Shown here piece by piece: positions 11,601-26,000 of a DNA stretch of 64,000 nt. The DNA comes from the human T2T-CHM13v2.0 reference genome, Homo sapiens, in the NCBI RefSeq assembly GCF_009914755.1, contig NC_060947.1; one strand, written 5' to 3'. The notes under the pieces were generated by a model that was given only the letters and a program-made list of their open reading frames with translations, ran no database searches and was not told the origin of the DNA. Position numbers and translations under genes: made by a program. The stretch's first letter is position 1; every line of letters begins with the position of its first letter.

Positions 11601-14600
11601 AGGATTGTTCAACTCCATGAGTTGAATGCCATCCTCACAAAGTCGTTTCTGAGAATGCTTCTATCTAGTTTTTATGTGAAGGTATTTCCTTTTCCACCAC
11701 AGGCCTCAAAGCCCTCCAAACGTCCACTTGCAGATTCTCGAAAAAGAGTGTTTCATAGCTGCTCTTTCAAAAGGAAAGTTCAACTCTGGGAGTTGAATAC
11801 AAACATCACAAAGTAGTTTCCGAGAATGCTTCTGTTTAGTTTTTATGTGAAGATGATCCCGTTTCCAGTGAAATCTTCAAAGAGGTCCACATATCCCCTT
11901 GCAGATTCCAAAGAAAGAGGGTTTCAAAACTGCTCCATCAGAAGGATTGTTCAACTCTGTGAGTTGAATGCAGTCATCGCAGAAAACTTTCTGAGAATGC
12001 TTCTGTCTAGGTTTGATGTGAAGATATAGACGTTTCAAACGAAGGCTACAAAGTGGTCAAAATATACACTTGCAGATTCTACTACAAGGGTGTTGCAAAC
12101 CTGAACTATCAAAGGAAGGTTCAACTCTGTGAATTGAATACAAACATCACAAAGAATGTTCTGAGTTTGCTTCCGTTCAGTTATGGGAAGTTGATCCCGT
12201 TTCCAACGAAATCCTCAGAGAGGTCCAAATATCCCCTCGCAGATTCTACAAAACGTGTGTTTGGAAACTGCTCCATCATAACGAATGTTCAGCTCCCTGA
12301 GTTAAACTCCATCGTCACAAAGAATTTTCTGAGAGTGCTACCGTCTGGTTTTTATATGAAGTTCTTTCCTTCACTACCACAGGCCTCAAAGCGGTCCAAA
12401 TCTCCACTTGCAGATTCTACAAAAAGAGTGTTTGCAAACTGCTCTATCAAAAGGAATGTTCAACTCTGGGAGTTGAATGCAATCATCACAGAGCAGTTTC
12501 TGAGAATGCTTCTATGTCGTTTTTAGGAGAAGATATTTCCTTTTCCAACACAGTCCTCCAAGCCCGCTAAATAGCCACTTGCACATTGTAGAAAAAGTGT
12601 GTCAAAGCTGCGCTATCAAAGGGAAAGTTCAACTCTGTGAGGTGAATGCAAACATCCCAAAGAAGTTTCTGAGAATGCTTCCGTTTAGCTTTTAGGTGAA
12701 GATTATCCCGTTTCCAACGAAACCTTCAAAGAGGTCCAAATATCCCCTTGCGGATCCCACAGAAAGAGTGTTTCGAAACTGCTGTTTCAAAAGGAATCTT
12801 CAACTCTGTGAGTTGAATGCAATCATCACAAAGAAGTTTCTGACAATGCTTCTCTCTCGTCTTTCTGTGAAGATAAAGGAAAAGGCTTTCAGGCCTTTTC
12901 CACCACAGGCCTGAAAGCGCTCCAAATGTCCACTTGCAGATTCTGCCAAAAGAATATTTCAAAACTGCTCTATGAAAAGCAATGTTAAACTCTGTGGCTG
13001 GAACACAAACATCACAAAGCGGTTTCTGAGAATGTTTAAGTTTAGTTTTTCTGTGGAAATATTCCCGTTTCCAAAGAAATCTTCAAAGAGGTCCACGTAT
13101 CCACTTACAGATTCTACAAAAAGACAGTTTCAAAACTGCTCCATCAAAAGGAGGGTTCAACTGTGTGACTTGAATGCAATCATCACTCAGAAGTTTCTGA
13201 GAATGCTTCTCTTTAGTTTTTACGTGAACATATACCCGTTTCGAACGAAGGCCACCCAGTGGTCCAAATATCCACTTGCAGATTATACAGAAAGAGTGTT
13301 TCGAACCTGAACTCTCAAAGGCAGGTTCATCTCTGCGAGTTAAATGCATTCATCATGAAGAACTTTCTCAGAGTGTTTGTGTTTAGTTATGGGAAATTAT
13401 TCCCGTTTCCAACGAAATCCTCAGAGAGCTCCAAATATCCACCTGCAGATTCTACCAAAAGTGTATTTGGAAACTGCTCCATCAAAAGGCATGTTCAGCT
13501 CTGTGAGTGAAACTCCATCATCACAAAGAATATTCTGAGAATGCTTCCGTTTGCCTTTTATATGAAGTTCCTTCCTGTACTACCGTAGGCCTCAAAGCAG
13601 TCCAAATCTCCATTTGCAGATTCTACAAAAAGAGTGATTCCAATCTGCTCTATCAATAGGATTGTTCAACTCCATGAGTTGAATGCCATCCTCACAAAGT
13701 CGTTTCTGAGAATGCTTCTATCTGGTTTTTGTGTGAAGATATTTCCTTTTCCACCACAGGCCTCAAAGCCCTCCAAACGTCCACTTGCAGATTCTCGAAA
13801 AAGAGTGTTTCATAGCTGCTCTTTCAAAAGGAAAGTTCAACTCTGGGAGTTGAATACAAACATCACAAAATAGTTTCCGAGAATGCTTCTGTTTAGTTTT
13901 TATGTGAAGATGATCCCGTTTCCAGTGAAATCTTCAAAGAGGTCCACATATCCCCTTGCAGATTCCAAAGAAAGAGGGTTTCAAAACTGCTCCATCAGAA
14001 GGATTGTTCAACTCTGTGAGTTGAATGCAGTCATCGCAGAAAACTTTCTGAGAATGCTTCTGTCTAGGTTTGATGTGAAGATATAGACGTTTCAAACGAA
14101 GGCTACAAAGTGGTCAAAATATACACTTGCAGATTCTACTACAAGGGTGTTGCGAACCTGAACTATCAAAGGAAGGTTCAACTCTGTGAATTGAATACAA
14201 ACATCACAAAGAATGTTCTGAGTTTGCTTCCGTTCAGTTATGGGAAGTTGATCCCGTTTCCAACGAAATCCTCAGAGAGGTCCAAATATCCCCTCGCAGA
14301 TTCTACAAAACGTGTGTTTGGAAACTGCTCCATCATAACGAATGTTCAGCTCCCTGAGTTAAACTCCATCGTCACAAAGAATTTTCTGAGAGTGCTACCG
14401 TCTGGTTTTTATATGAAGTTCTTTCCTTCACTACCACAGGCCTCAAAGCGGTCCAAATCTCCACTTGCAGATTCTACAAAAAGAGTGTTTGCAAACTGCT
14501 CTATCAAAAGGAATGTTCAACTCTGGGAGTTGAATGCAATCATCACAGAGCAGTTTCTGAGAATGCTTCTATGTCGTTTTTAGGAGAAGATATTTCCTTT

Positions 14601-17600
14601 TCCAACACAGTCCTCCAAGCCCGCTAAATAGCCACTTGCACATTGTAGAAAAAGTGTGTCAAAGCTGCGCTATCAAAGGGAAAGTTCAACTCTGTGAGGT
14701 GAATGCAAACATCCCAAAGAAGTTTCTGAGAATGCTTCCGTTTAGCTTTTAGGTGAAGATTATCCCGTTTCCAACGAAACCTTCAAAGAGGTCCAAATAT
14801 CCCCTTGCGGATCCCACAGAAAGAGTGTTTCGAAACTGCTGTTTCAAAAGGAATCTTCAACTCTGTGAGTTGAATGCAATCATCACAAAGAAGTTTCTGA
14901 CAATGCTTCTCTTTCTGTGAAGATAAAGGAAAAGGCTTTCAGGCCTTTTCCACCACAGGCCTGAAAGCGCTCCAAATGTCCACTTGCAGATTCTGCCAAA
15001 AGAATATTTCAAAACTGCTCTATGAAAAGCAATGTTAAACTCTGTGGCTGGAACACAAACATCACAAAGCGGTTTCTGAGAATGTTTCAGTTTAGTTTTT
15101 CTGTGGAAATATTCCCGTTTCCAAAGAAATCTTCAAAGAGGTCCACGTATCCACTTACAGATTCTACAAAAAGACAGTTTCAAAACTGCTCCATCAAAAG
15201 GAGGGTTCAACTGTGTGACTTGAATGCAATCATCACTCAGAAGTTTCTGAGAATGCTTCTCTTTAGTTTTTACGTGAACATATACCCGTTTCGAACGAAG
15301 GCCACCCAGTGGTCCAAATATCCACTTGCAGATTATACAGAAAGAGTGTTTCGAACCTGAACTCTCAAAGGCAGGTTCATCTCTGCGAGTTAAATGCATT
15401 CATCATGAAGAACTTTCTCAGAGTGTTTGTGTTTAGTTATGGGAAATTATTCCCGTTTCCAACGAAATCCTCAGAGAGCTCCAAATATCCACCTGCAGAT
15501 TCTACCAAAAGTGTATTTGGAAACTGCTCCATCAAAAGGCATGTTCAGCTCTGTCAGTGAAGCTCCATCATCACAAAGAATATTCTGAGAATGCTTCCGT
15601 TTGCCTTTTATATGAAGTTCCTTCCTGTACTACCGTAGGCCTCAAAGCAGTCCAAATCTCCATTTGCAGATTCTACAAAAAGAGTGATTCCAATCTGCTC
15701 TATCAATAGGATTGTTCAACTCCATGAGTTGAATGCCATCCTCACAAAGTAGTTTCTGAGAATGCTTCTATCTGGTTTTTGTGTGAAGATATTTCCTTTT
15801 CCACCACAGGCCTCAAAGCCCTCCAAACGTCCACTTGCAGATTCTCGAAAAAGAGTGTTTCATAGCTGCTCTTTCAAAAGGAAAGTTCAACTCTGGGAGT
15901 TGAATGCAAACATCACAAAATAGTTTCTGAGAATGCTTCTGTTTAGTTTTTATATGAAGATGATCCCGTTTCCAGTGAAATCTTCAAAGAGGTCCACATA
16001 TCCCCTTGCAGATTCCAAAGAAAGAGGGTTTCAAAACTGCTCCATCAGAAGGATTGTTCAACTCTGTGAGTTGAATGCAGTCATCGCAGAAAACTTTCTG
16101 AGAATGCTTCTGTCTAGGTTTGATGTGAAGATATAGACGTTTCAAACGAAGGCTACAAAGTGGTCAAAATATACACTTGCAGATTCTACTACAAGGGTGT
16201 TGCAAACCTGAACTATCAAAGGAAGGTTCAACTCTGTGAGTTGAATACAAACATCACAAAGAATGTTCTGAGTTTGCTTCCGTTCAGTTATGGGAAGTTG
16301 ATCCCGTTTCCAACGAAATCCTCAGAGAGGTCCAAATATCCCCTCGCAGATTCTACAAAACGTGTGTTTGGAAACTGCTCCATCATAACGAATGTTCAGC
16401 TCCCTGAGTTAAACTCCATCGTCACAAAGAATTTTCTGAGAGTGCTACCGTCTGGTTTTTATATGAAGTGATTTCCTTCACTACCACAGGCCTCAAAGCG
16501 GTCCAAATCTCCACTTGCAGATTCTACAAAAAGAGTGTTTGCAAACTGCTCTATCAAAAGGAATGTTCAACTCTGGGAGTTGAATGCAATCATCACAGAG
16601 CAGTTTCTGAGAATGCTTCTATGTCGTTTTTAGGAGAAGATATTTCCTTTTCCAACACAGTCCTCCAAGCCCGCTAAATAGCCACTTGCACATTGTAGAA
16701 AAAGTGTGTCAAAGCTGCGCTATCAAAGGGAAAGTTCAACTCTGTGAGGTGAATGCAAACATCCCAAAGAAGTTTCTGAGAATGCTTCCGTTTAGCTTTT
16801 AGGTGAAGATTATCCCGTTTCCAACGAAACCTTCAAAGAGGTCCAAATATCCCCTTGCGGATCCCACAGAAAGAGTGTTTCGAAACTGCTGTTTCAAAAG
16901 GAATCTTCAACTCTGTGAGTTGAATGCAATCATCACAAAGAAGTTTCTGACAATGCTTCTCTCTCGTCTTTCTGTGAAGATAAAGGAAAAGGCTTTCAGG
17001 CCTTTTCCACCACAGGCCTGAAAGCGCTCCAAATGTCCACTTGCAGATTCTGCGAAAAGAATATTTCAAAACTGCTCTATGAAAAGCAATGTTAAACTCT
17101 GTGGCTGGAACACAAACATCACAAAGCGGTTTCTGAGAATGTTTCAGTTTAGTTTTTCTGTGGAAATATTCCCGTTTCCAAAGAAATCTTCAAAGAGGTC
17201 CACGTATCCACTTACAGATTCTACAAAAAGACAGTTTCAAAACTGCTCCATCAAAAGGAGGGTTCAACTGTGTGACTTGAATGCAATCATCACTCAGAAG
17301 TTTCTGAGAATGCTTCTCTTTAGTTTTTACGTGAACATATACCCGTTTCGAACGAACGCCACCCAGTGGTCCAAATATCCACTTGCAGATTATACAGAAA
17401 GAGTGTTTCGAACCTGAACTCTCAAAGGCAGGTTCATCTCTGCGAGTTAAATGCATTCATCATGAAGAACTTTCTCAGAGTGTTTGTGTTTAGTTATGGG
17501 AAATTATTCCCGTTTCCAACGAAATCCTCAGAGTGGTCCAAATATCCACCTGCAGATTCTACCAAAAGTGTATTTGGAAACTGCTCCATCAAAAGGCATG

Positions 17601-20600
17601 TTCAGCTCTGTGAGTGAAACTCCATCATCACAAAGAATATTCTGAGAATGCTTCCGTTTGCCTTTTATCTGAAGTTCCTTCCTATACGACCGTAGGCCTC
17701 AAAGCAGTCCAAATCTCCATTTGCAGATTCTACAAAAAGAGTGATTCCAATCTGCTCTATCAATAGGATTGTTCAACTCCATGAGTTGAATGCCATCCTC
17801 ACAAAGTCGTTTCTGAGAATGCTTCTATCTAGTTTTTATGTGAAGGTATTTCCTTTTCCACCACAGGCCTCAAAGCCCTCCAAACGTCCACTTGCAGATT
17901 CTCGAAAAAGAGTGTTTCATAGCTGCTCTTTCAAAAGGAAAGTTCAACTCTGGGAGTTGAATACAAACATCACAAAGTAGTTTCCGAGAATGCTTCTGTT
18001 TAGTTTTTATGTGAAGATGATCCCGTTTCCAGTGAAATCTTCAAAGAGGTCCACATATCCCCTTGCAGATTCCAAAGAAAGAGGGTTTCAAAACTGCTCC
18101 ATCAGAAGGATTGTTCAACTCTGTGAGTTGAATGCAGTCATCGCAGAAAACTTTCTGAGAATGCTTCTGTCTAGGTTTGATGTGAAGATATAGACGTTTC
18201 AAACGAAGGCTACAAAGTGGTCAAAATATACACTTGCAGATTCTACTACAAGGGTGTTGCAAACCTGAACTATCAAAGGAAGGTTCAACTCTGTGAATTG
18301 AATACAAACATCACAAAGAATGTTCTGAGTTTGCTTCCGTTCAGTTATGGGAAGTTGATCCCGTTTCCAACGAAATCCTCAGAGAGGTCCAAATATCCCC
18401 TCGCAGATTCTACAAAACGTGTGTTTGGAAACTGCTCCATCATAACGAATGTTCAGCTCCCTGAGTTAAACTCCATCGTCACAAAGAATTTTCTGAGAGT
18501 GCTACCGTCTGGTTTTTATATGAAGTTCTTTCCTTCACTACCACAGGCCTCAAAGCGGTCCAAATCTCCACTTGCAGATTCTACAAAAAGAGTGTTTGCA
18601 AACTGCTCTATCAAAAGGAATGTTCAACTCTGGGAGTTGAATGCAATCATCACAGAGCAGTTTCTGAGAATGCTTCTATGTCGTTTTTAGGAGAAGATAT
18701 TTCCTTTTCCAACACAGTCCTCCAAGCCCGCTAAATAGCCACTTGCACATTGTAGAAAAAGTGTGTCAAAGCTGCGCTATCAAAGGGAAAGTTCAACTCT
18801 GTGAGGTGAATGCAAACATCCCAAAGAAGTTTCTGAGAATGCTTCCGTTTAGCTTTTAGGTGAAGATTATCCCGTTTCCAACGAAACCTTCAAAGAGGTC
18901 CAAATATCCCCTTGCGGATCCCACAGAAAGAGTGTTTCGAAACTGCTGTTTCAAAAGGAATCTTCAACTCTGTGAGTTGAATGCAATCATCACAAAGAAG
19001 TTTCTGACAATGCTTCTCTCTCGTCTTTCTGTGAAGATAAAGGAAAAGGCTTTCAGGCCTTTTCCACCACAGGCCTGAAAGCGCTCCAAATGTCCACTTG
19101 CAGATTCTGCCAAAAGAATATTTCAAAACTGCTCTATGAAAAGCAATGTTAAACTCTGTGGCTGGAACACAAACATCACAAAGCGGTTTCTGAGAATGTT
19201 TAAGTTTAGTTTTTCTGTGGAAATATTCCCGTTTCCAAAGAAATCTTCAAAGAGGTCCACGTATCCACTTACAGATTCTACAAAAAGACAGTTTCAAAAC
19301 TGCTCCATCAAAAGGAGGGTTCAACTGTGTGACTTGAATGCAATCATCACTCAGAAGTTTCTGAGAATGCTTCTCTTTAGTTTTTACGTGAACATATACC
19401 CGTTTCGAACGAAGGCCACCCAGTGGTCCAAATATCCACTTGCAGATTATACAGAAAGAGTGTTTCGAACCTGAACTCTCAAAGGCAGGTTCATCTCTGC
19501 AAGTTAAATGCATTCATCATGAAGAACTTTCTCAGAGTGTTTGTGTTTAGTTATGGGAAATTATTCCCGTTTCCAACGAAATCCTCAGAGAGCTCCAAAT
19601 ATCCACCTGCTGATTCTACCAAAAGTGTATTTGGAAACTGCTCCATCAAAAGGCATGTTCAGGTCTGTGAGTGAAACTCCATCATCACAAAGAATATTCT
19701 GAGAATGCTTCCGTTTGCCTTTTATATGAAGTTCCTTCCTGTACTACCGTAGGCCTCAAAGCAGTCCAAATCTCCATTTGCAGATTCTACAAAAAGAGTG
19801 ATTCCAATCTGCTCTATCAATAGGATTGTTCAACTCCATGAGTTGAATGCCATCCTCACAAAGTCGTTTCTGAGAATGCTTCTATCTGGTTTTTGTGTGA
19901 AGATATTTCCTTTTCCACCACAGGCCTCAAAGCCCTCCAAACGTCCACTTGCAGATTCTCGAAAAAGAGTGTTTCATAGCTGCTCTTTCAAAAGGAAAGT
20001 TCAACTCTGGGAGTTGAATACAAACATCACAAAATAGTTTCCGAGAATGCTTCTGTTTAGTTTTTATGTGAAGATGATCCCGTTTCCAGTGAAATCTTCA
20101 AAGAGGTCCACATATCCCCTTGCAGATTCCAAAGAAAGAGGGTTTAAAAACTGCTCCATCAGAAGGATTGTTCAACTCTGTGAGTTGAATGCAGTCATCG
20201 CAGAAAACTTTCTGAGAATGCTTCTGTCTAGGTTTGATGTGAAGATATAGACGTTTCAAACGAAGGCTACAAAGTGGTCAAAATATACACTTGCAGATTC
20301 TACTACAAGGGTGTTGCAAACCTGAACTATCAAAGGAAGGTTCAACTCTGTGAATTGAATACAAACATCACAAAGAATGTTCTGAGTTTGCTTCCGTTCA
20401 GTTATGGGAAGTTGATCCCGTTTCCAACGAAATCCTCAGAGAGGTCCAAATATCCCCTCGCAGATTCTACAAAACGTGTGTTTGGAAACTGCTCCATCAT
20501 AACGAATGTTCAGCTCCCTGAGTTAAACTCCATCGTCACAAAGAATTTTCTGAGAGTGCTACCGTCTGGTTTTTATATGAAGTTCTTTCCTTCACTACCA

Positions 20601-20972
20601 CAGGCCTCAAAGCGGTCCAAATCTCCACTTGCAGATTCTACAAAAAGAGTGTTTGCAAACTGCTCTATCAAAAGGAATGTTCAACTCTGGGAGTTGAATG
20701 CAATCATCACAGAGCAGTTTCTGAGAATGCTTCTATGTCGTTTTTAGGAGAAGATATTTCCTTTTCCAACACAGTCCTCCAAGCCCGCTAAATAGCCACT
20801 TGCACATTGTAGAAAAAGTGTGTCAAAGCTGCGCTATCAAAGGGAAAGTTCAACTCTGTGAGGTGAATGCAAACATCCCAAAGAAGTTTCTGAGAATGCT
20901 TCCGTTTAGCTTTTAGGTGAAGATTATCCCGTTTCCAACGAAACCTTCAAAGAGGTCCAAATATCCCCTTGC

Positions 20973-23029
20973 GGATCCCACAGAAAGAGTGTTTCGAAAC
21001 TGCTGTTTCAAAAGGAATCTTCAACTCTGTGAGTTGAATGCAATCATCACAAAGAAGTTTCTGACAATGCTTCTCTCTCGTCTTTCTGTGAAGATAAAGG
21101 AAAAGGCTTTCAGGCCTTTTCCACCACAGGCCTGAAAGCGCTCCAAATGTCCACTTGCAGATTCTGCCAAAAGAATATTTCAAAACTGCTCTATGAAAAG
21201 CAATGTTAAACTCTGTGGCTGGAACACAAACATCACAAAGCGGTTTCTGAGAATGTTTCAGTTTAGTTTTTCTGTGGAAATATTCCCGTTTCCAAAGAAA
21301 TCTTCAAAGAGGTCCACGTATCCACTTACAGATTCTACAAAAAGACAGTTTCAAAACTGCTCCATCAAAAGGAGGGTTCAACTGTGTGACTTGAATGCAA
21401 TCATCACTCAGAAGTTTCTGAGAATGCTTCTCTTTAGTTTTTACGTGAACATATACCCGTTTCGAACGAAGGCCACCCAGTGGTCCAAATATCCACTTGC
21501 AGATTATACAGAAAGAGTGTTTCGAACCTGAACTCTCAAAGGCAGGTTCATCTCTGCGAGTTAAATGCATTCATCATGAAGAACTTTCTCAGAGTGTTTG
21601 TGCTTAGTTATGGGAAATTATTCCCGTTTCCAACGAAATCCTCAGAGTGGTCCAAATATCCACCTGCAGATTCTACCAAAAGTGTATTTGGAAACTGCTC
21701 CATCAAAAGGCATGTTCAGCTCTGTGAGTGAAACTCCATCATCACAAAGAATATTCTGAGAATGCTTCCGTTTGCCTTTTATCTGAAGTTCCTTCCTATA
21801 CGACCGTAGGCCTCAAAGCAGTCCAAATCTCCATTTGCAGATTCTACAAAAAGAGTGATTCCAATCTGCTCTATCAATAGGATTGTTCAACTCCATGAGT
21901 TGAATGCCATCCTCACAAAGTCGTTTCTGAGAATGCTTCTATCTAGTTTTTATGTGAAGATATTTCCTTTTCCACCACAGGCCTCAAAGCCCTCCAAACG
22001 TCCACTTGCAGATTCTCGAAAAAGAGTGTTTTATAGCTGCTCTTTCAAAAGGAAAGTTCAACTCTGGGAGTTGAATACAAACATCACAAAGTAGTTTCCG
22101 AGAATGCTTCTGTTTAGTTTTTATGTGAAGATGATCCCGTTTCCAGTGAAATCTTCAAAGAGGTCCACATATCCCCTTGCAGATTCCAAAGAAAGAGGGT
22201 TTCAAAACTGCTCCATCAGAAGGATTGTTCAACTCTGTGAGTTGAATGCAGTCATCGCAGAAAACTTTCTGAGAATGCTTCTGTCTAGGTTTGATGTGAA
22301 GATATAGATGTTTCAAACGAAGGCTACAAAGTGGTCAAAATATACACTTGCAGATTCTACTACAAGGGTGTTGCAAACCTGAACTATCAAAGGAAGGTTC
22401 AACTCTGTGAGTTGAATACAAACATCACAAAGAATGTTCTGAGTTTGCTTCCGTTCAGTTATGGGAAGTTGATCCCGTTTCCAACGAAATCCTCAGAGAG
22501 GTCCAAATATCCCCTTGCAGATTCTACAAAACGTGTGTTTGGAAACTGCTCCATCGTAACGAATGTTCAGCTCCCTGAGTTAAACTCCATCGTCACAAAG
22601 AATTTTCTGAGAGTGCTACCGTCTGGTTTTTATATGAAGTTCTTTCCTTCACTACCACAGGCCTCAAAGCGGTCCAAATCTCCACTTGCAGATTCTACAA
22701 AAAGAGTGTTTGCAAACTGCTCTATCAAAAGGAATGTTCAACTCTGGGAGTTGAATGCAATCATCACAGAGCAGTTTCTGAGAATGCTTCTATGTCGTTT
22801 TTAGGAGAAGATATTTCCTTTTCCAACACAGTCCTCCAAGCCCGCTAAATAGCCACTTGCACATTGTAGAAAAAGTGTGTCAAAGCTGCGCTATCAAAGG
22901 GAAAGTTCAACTCTGTGAGGTGAATGCAAACATCCCAAAGAAGTTTCTGAGAATGCTTCCGTTTAGCTTTTAGGTGAAGATTATCCCGTTTCCAACGAAA
23001 CCTTCAAAGAGGTCCAAATATCCCCTTGC
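20973..23029 (-). repeat. Representative canonical-length HOR unit (BamHI to BamHI, 2057 bp, 12 monomers)
   Basis: GGATCC at 20973 and again at 23030; no indel relative to the majority unit. Confidence 0.95.
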
Positions 23030-26000
23030 GGATCCCACAGAAAGAGTGTTTCGAAACTGCTGTTTCAAAAGGAATCTTCAACTCTGTGAGTTGAATGCAA
23101 TCATCACAAAGAAGTTTCTGACAATGCTTCTCTCTCGTCTTTCTGTGAAGATAAAGGAAAAGGCTTTCAGGCCTTTTCCACCACAGGCCTGAAAGCGCTC
23201 CAAATGTCCACTTGCAGATTCTGCCAAAAGAATATTTCAAAACTGCTCTATGAAAAGCAATGTTAAACTCTGTGGCTGGAACACAAACATCACAAAGCGG
23301 TTTCTGAGAATGTTTCAGTTTAGTTTTTCTGTGGAAATATTCCCGTTTCCAAAGAAATCTTCAAAGAGGTCCACGTATCCACTTACAGATTCTACAAAAA
23401 GACAGTTTCAAAACTGCTCCATCAAAAGGAGGGTTCAACTGTGTGACTTGAATGCAATCATCACTCAGAAGTTTCTGAGAATGCTTCTCTTTAGTTTTTA
23501 CGTGAACATATACCCGTTTCGAACGAAGGCCACCCAGTGGTCCAAATATCCACTTGCAGATTATACAGAAAGAGTGTTTCGAACCTGAACTCTCAAAGGC
23601 AGGTTCATCTCTGCGAGTTAAATGCATTCATCATGAAGAACTTTCTCAGAGTGTTTGCGTTTAGTTATGGGAAATTATTCCCGTTTCCAACGAAATCCTC
23701 AGAGAGCTCCAAATATCCACCTGCAGATTCTACCAAAAGTGTATTTGGAAACTGCTCCATCAAAAGGCATGTTCAGCTCTGTCAGTGAAACTCCATCATC
23801 ACAAAGAATATTCTGAGAATGCTTCCGTTTGCCTTTTATATGAAGTTCCTTCCTGTACTACCGTAGGCCTCAAAGCAGTCCAAATCTCCATTTGCAGATT
23901 CTACAAAAAGAGTGATTCCAATCTGCTCTATCAATAGGATTGTTCAACTCCATGAGTTGAATGCCATCCTCACAAAGTAGTTTCTGAGAATGCTTCTATC
24001 TGGTTTTTGTGTGAAGATATTTCCTTTTCCACCACAGGCCTCAAAGCCCTCCAAACGTCCACTTGCAGATTCTCGAAAAAGAGTGTTTCATAGCTGCTCT
24101 TTCAAAAGGAAAGTTCAACTCTGGGAGTTGAATACAAACATCACAAAATAGTTTCCGAGAATGCTTCTGTTTAGTTTTTATGTGAAGATGATCCCGTTTC
24201 CAGTGAAATCTTCAAAGAGGTCCACATATCCCCTTGCAGATTCCAAAGAAAGAGGGTTTAAAAACTGCTCCATCAGAAGGATTGTTCAACTCTGTGAGTT
24301 GAATGCAGTCATCGCAGAAAACTTTCTGAGAATGCTTCTGTCTAGGTTTGATGTGAAGATATAGACGTTTCAAACGAAGGCTACAAAGTGGTCAAAATAT
24401 ACACTTGCAGATTCTACTACAAGGGTGTTGCAAACCTGAACTATCAAAGGAAGGTTCAACTCTGTGAATTGAATACAAACATCACAAAGAATGTTCTGAG
24501 TTTGCTTCCGTTCAGTTATGGGAAGTTGATCCCGTTTCCAACGAAATCCTCAGAGAGGTCCAAATATCCCCTCGCAGATTCTACAAAACGTGTGTTTGGA
24601 AACTGCTCCATCATAACGAATGTTCAGCTCCCTGAGTTAAACTCCATCGTCACAAAGAATTTTCTGAGAGTGCTACCGTCTGGTTTTTATATGAAGTTCT
24701 TTCCTTCACTACCACAGGCCTCAAAGCGGTCCAAATCTCCACTTGCAGATTCTACAAAAAGAGTGTTTGCAAACTGCTCTATCAAAAGGAATGTTCAACT
24801 CTGGGAGTTGAATGCAATCATCACAGAGCAGTTTCTGAGAATGCTTCTATGTCGTTTTTAGGAGAAGATATTTCCTTTTCCAACACAGTCCTCCAAGCCC
24901 GCTAAATAGCCACTTGCACATTGTAGAAAAAGTGTGTCAAAGCTGCGCTATCAAAGGGAAAGTTCAACTCTGTGAGGTGAATGCAAACATCCCAAAGAAG
25001 TTTCTGAGAATGCTTCCGTTTAGCTTTTAGGTGAAGATTATCCCGTTTCCAACGAAACCTTCAAAGAGGTCCAAATATCCCCTTGCGGATCCCACAGAAA
25101 GAGTGTTTCGAAACTGCTGTTTCAAAAGGAATCTTCAACTCTGTGAGTTGAATGCAATCATCACAAAGAAGTTTCTGACAATGCTTCTCTCTCGTCTTTC
25201 TGTGAAGATAAAGGAAAAGGCTTTCAGGCCTTTTCCACCACAGGCCTGAAAGCGCTCCAAATGTCCACTTGCAGATTCTGCCAAAAGAATATTTCAAAAC
25301 TGCTCTATGAAAAGCAATGTTAAACTCTGTGGCTGGAACACAAACATCACAAAGCGGTTTCTGAGAATGTTTCAGTTTAGTTTTTCTGTGGAAATATTCC
25401 CGTTTCCAAAGAAATCTTCAAAGAGGTCCACGTATCCACTTACAGATTCTACAAAAAGACAGTTTCAAAACTGCTCCATCAAAAGGAGGGTTCAACTGTG
25501 TGACTTGAATGCAATCATCACTCAGAAGTTTCTGAGAATGCTTCTCTTTAGTTTTTACGTGAACATATACCCGTTTCGAACGAAGGCCACCCAGTGGTCC
25601 AAATATCCACTTGCAGATTATACAGAAAGAGTGTTTCGAACCTGAACTCTCAAAGGCAGGTTCATCTCTGCGAGTTAAATGCATTCATCATGAAGAACTT
25701 TCTCAGAGTGTTTGTGCTTAGTTATGGGAAATTATTCCCGTTTCCAACGAAATCCTCAGAGTGGTCCAAATATCCACCTGCAGATTCTACCAAAAGTGTA
25801 TTTGGAAACTGCTCCATCAAAAGGCATGTTCAGCTCTGTGAGTGAAACTCCATCATCACAAAGAATATTCTGAGAATGCTTCCGTTTGCCTTTTATCTGA
25901 AGTTCCTTCCTATACGACCGTAGGCCTCAAAGCAGTCCAAATCTCCATTTGCAGATTCTACAAAAAGAGTGATTCCAATCTGCTCTATCAATAGGATTGT

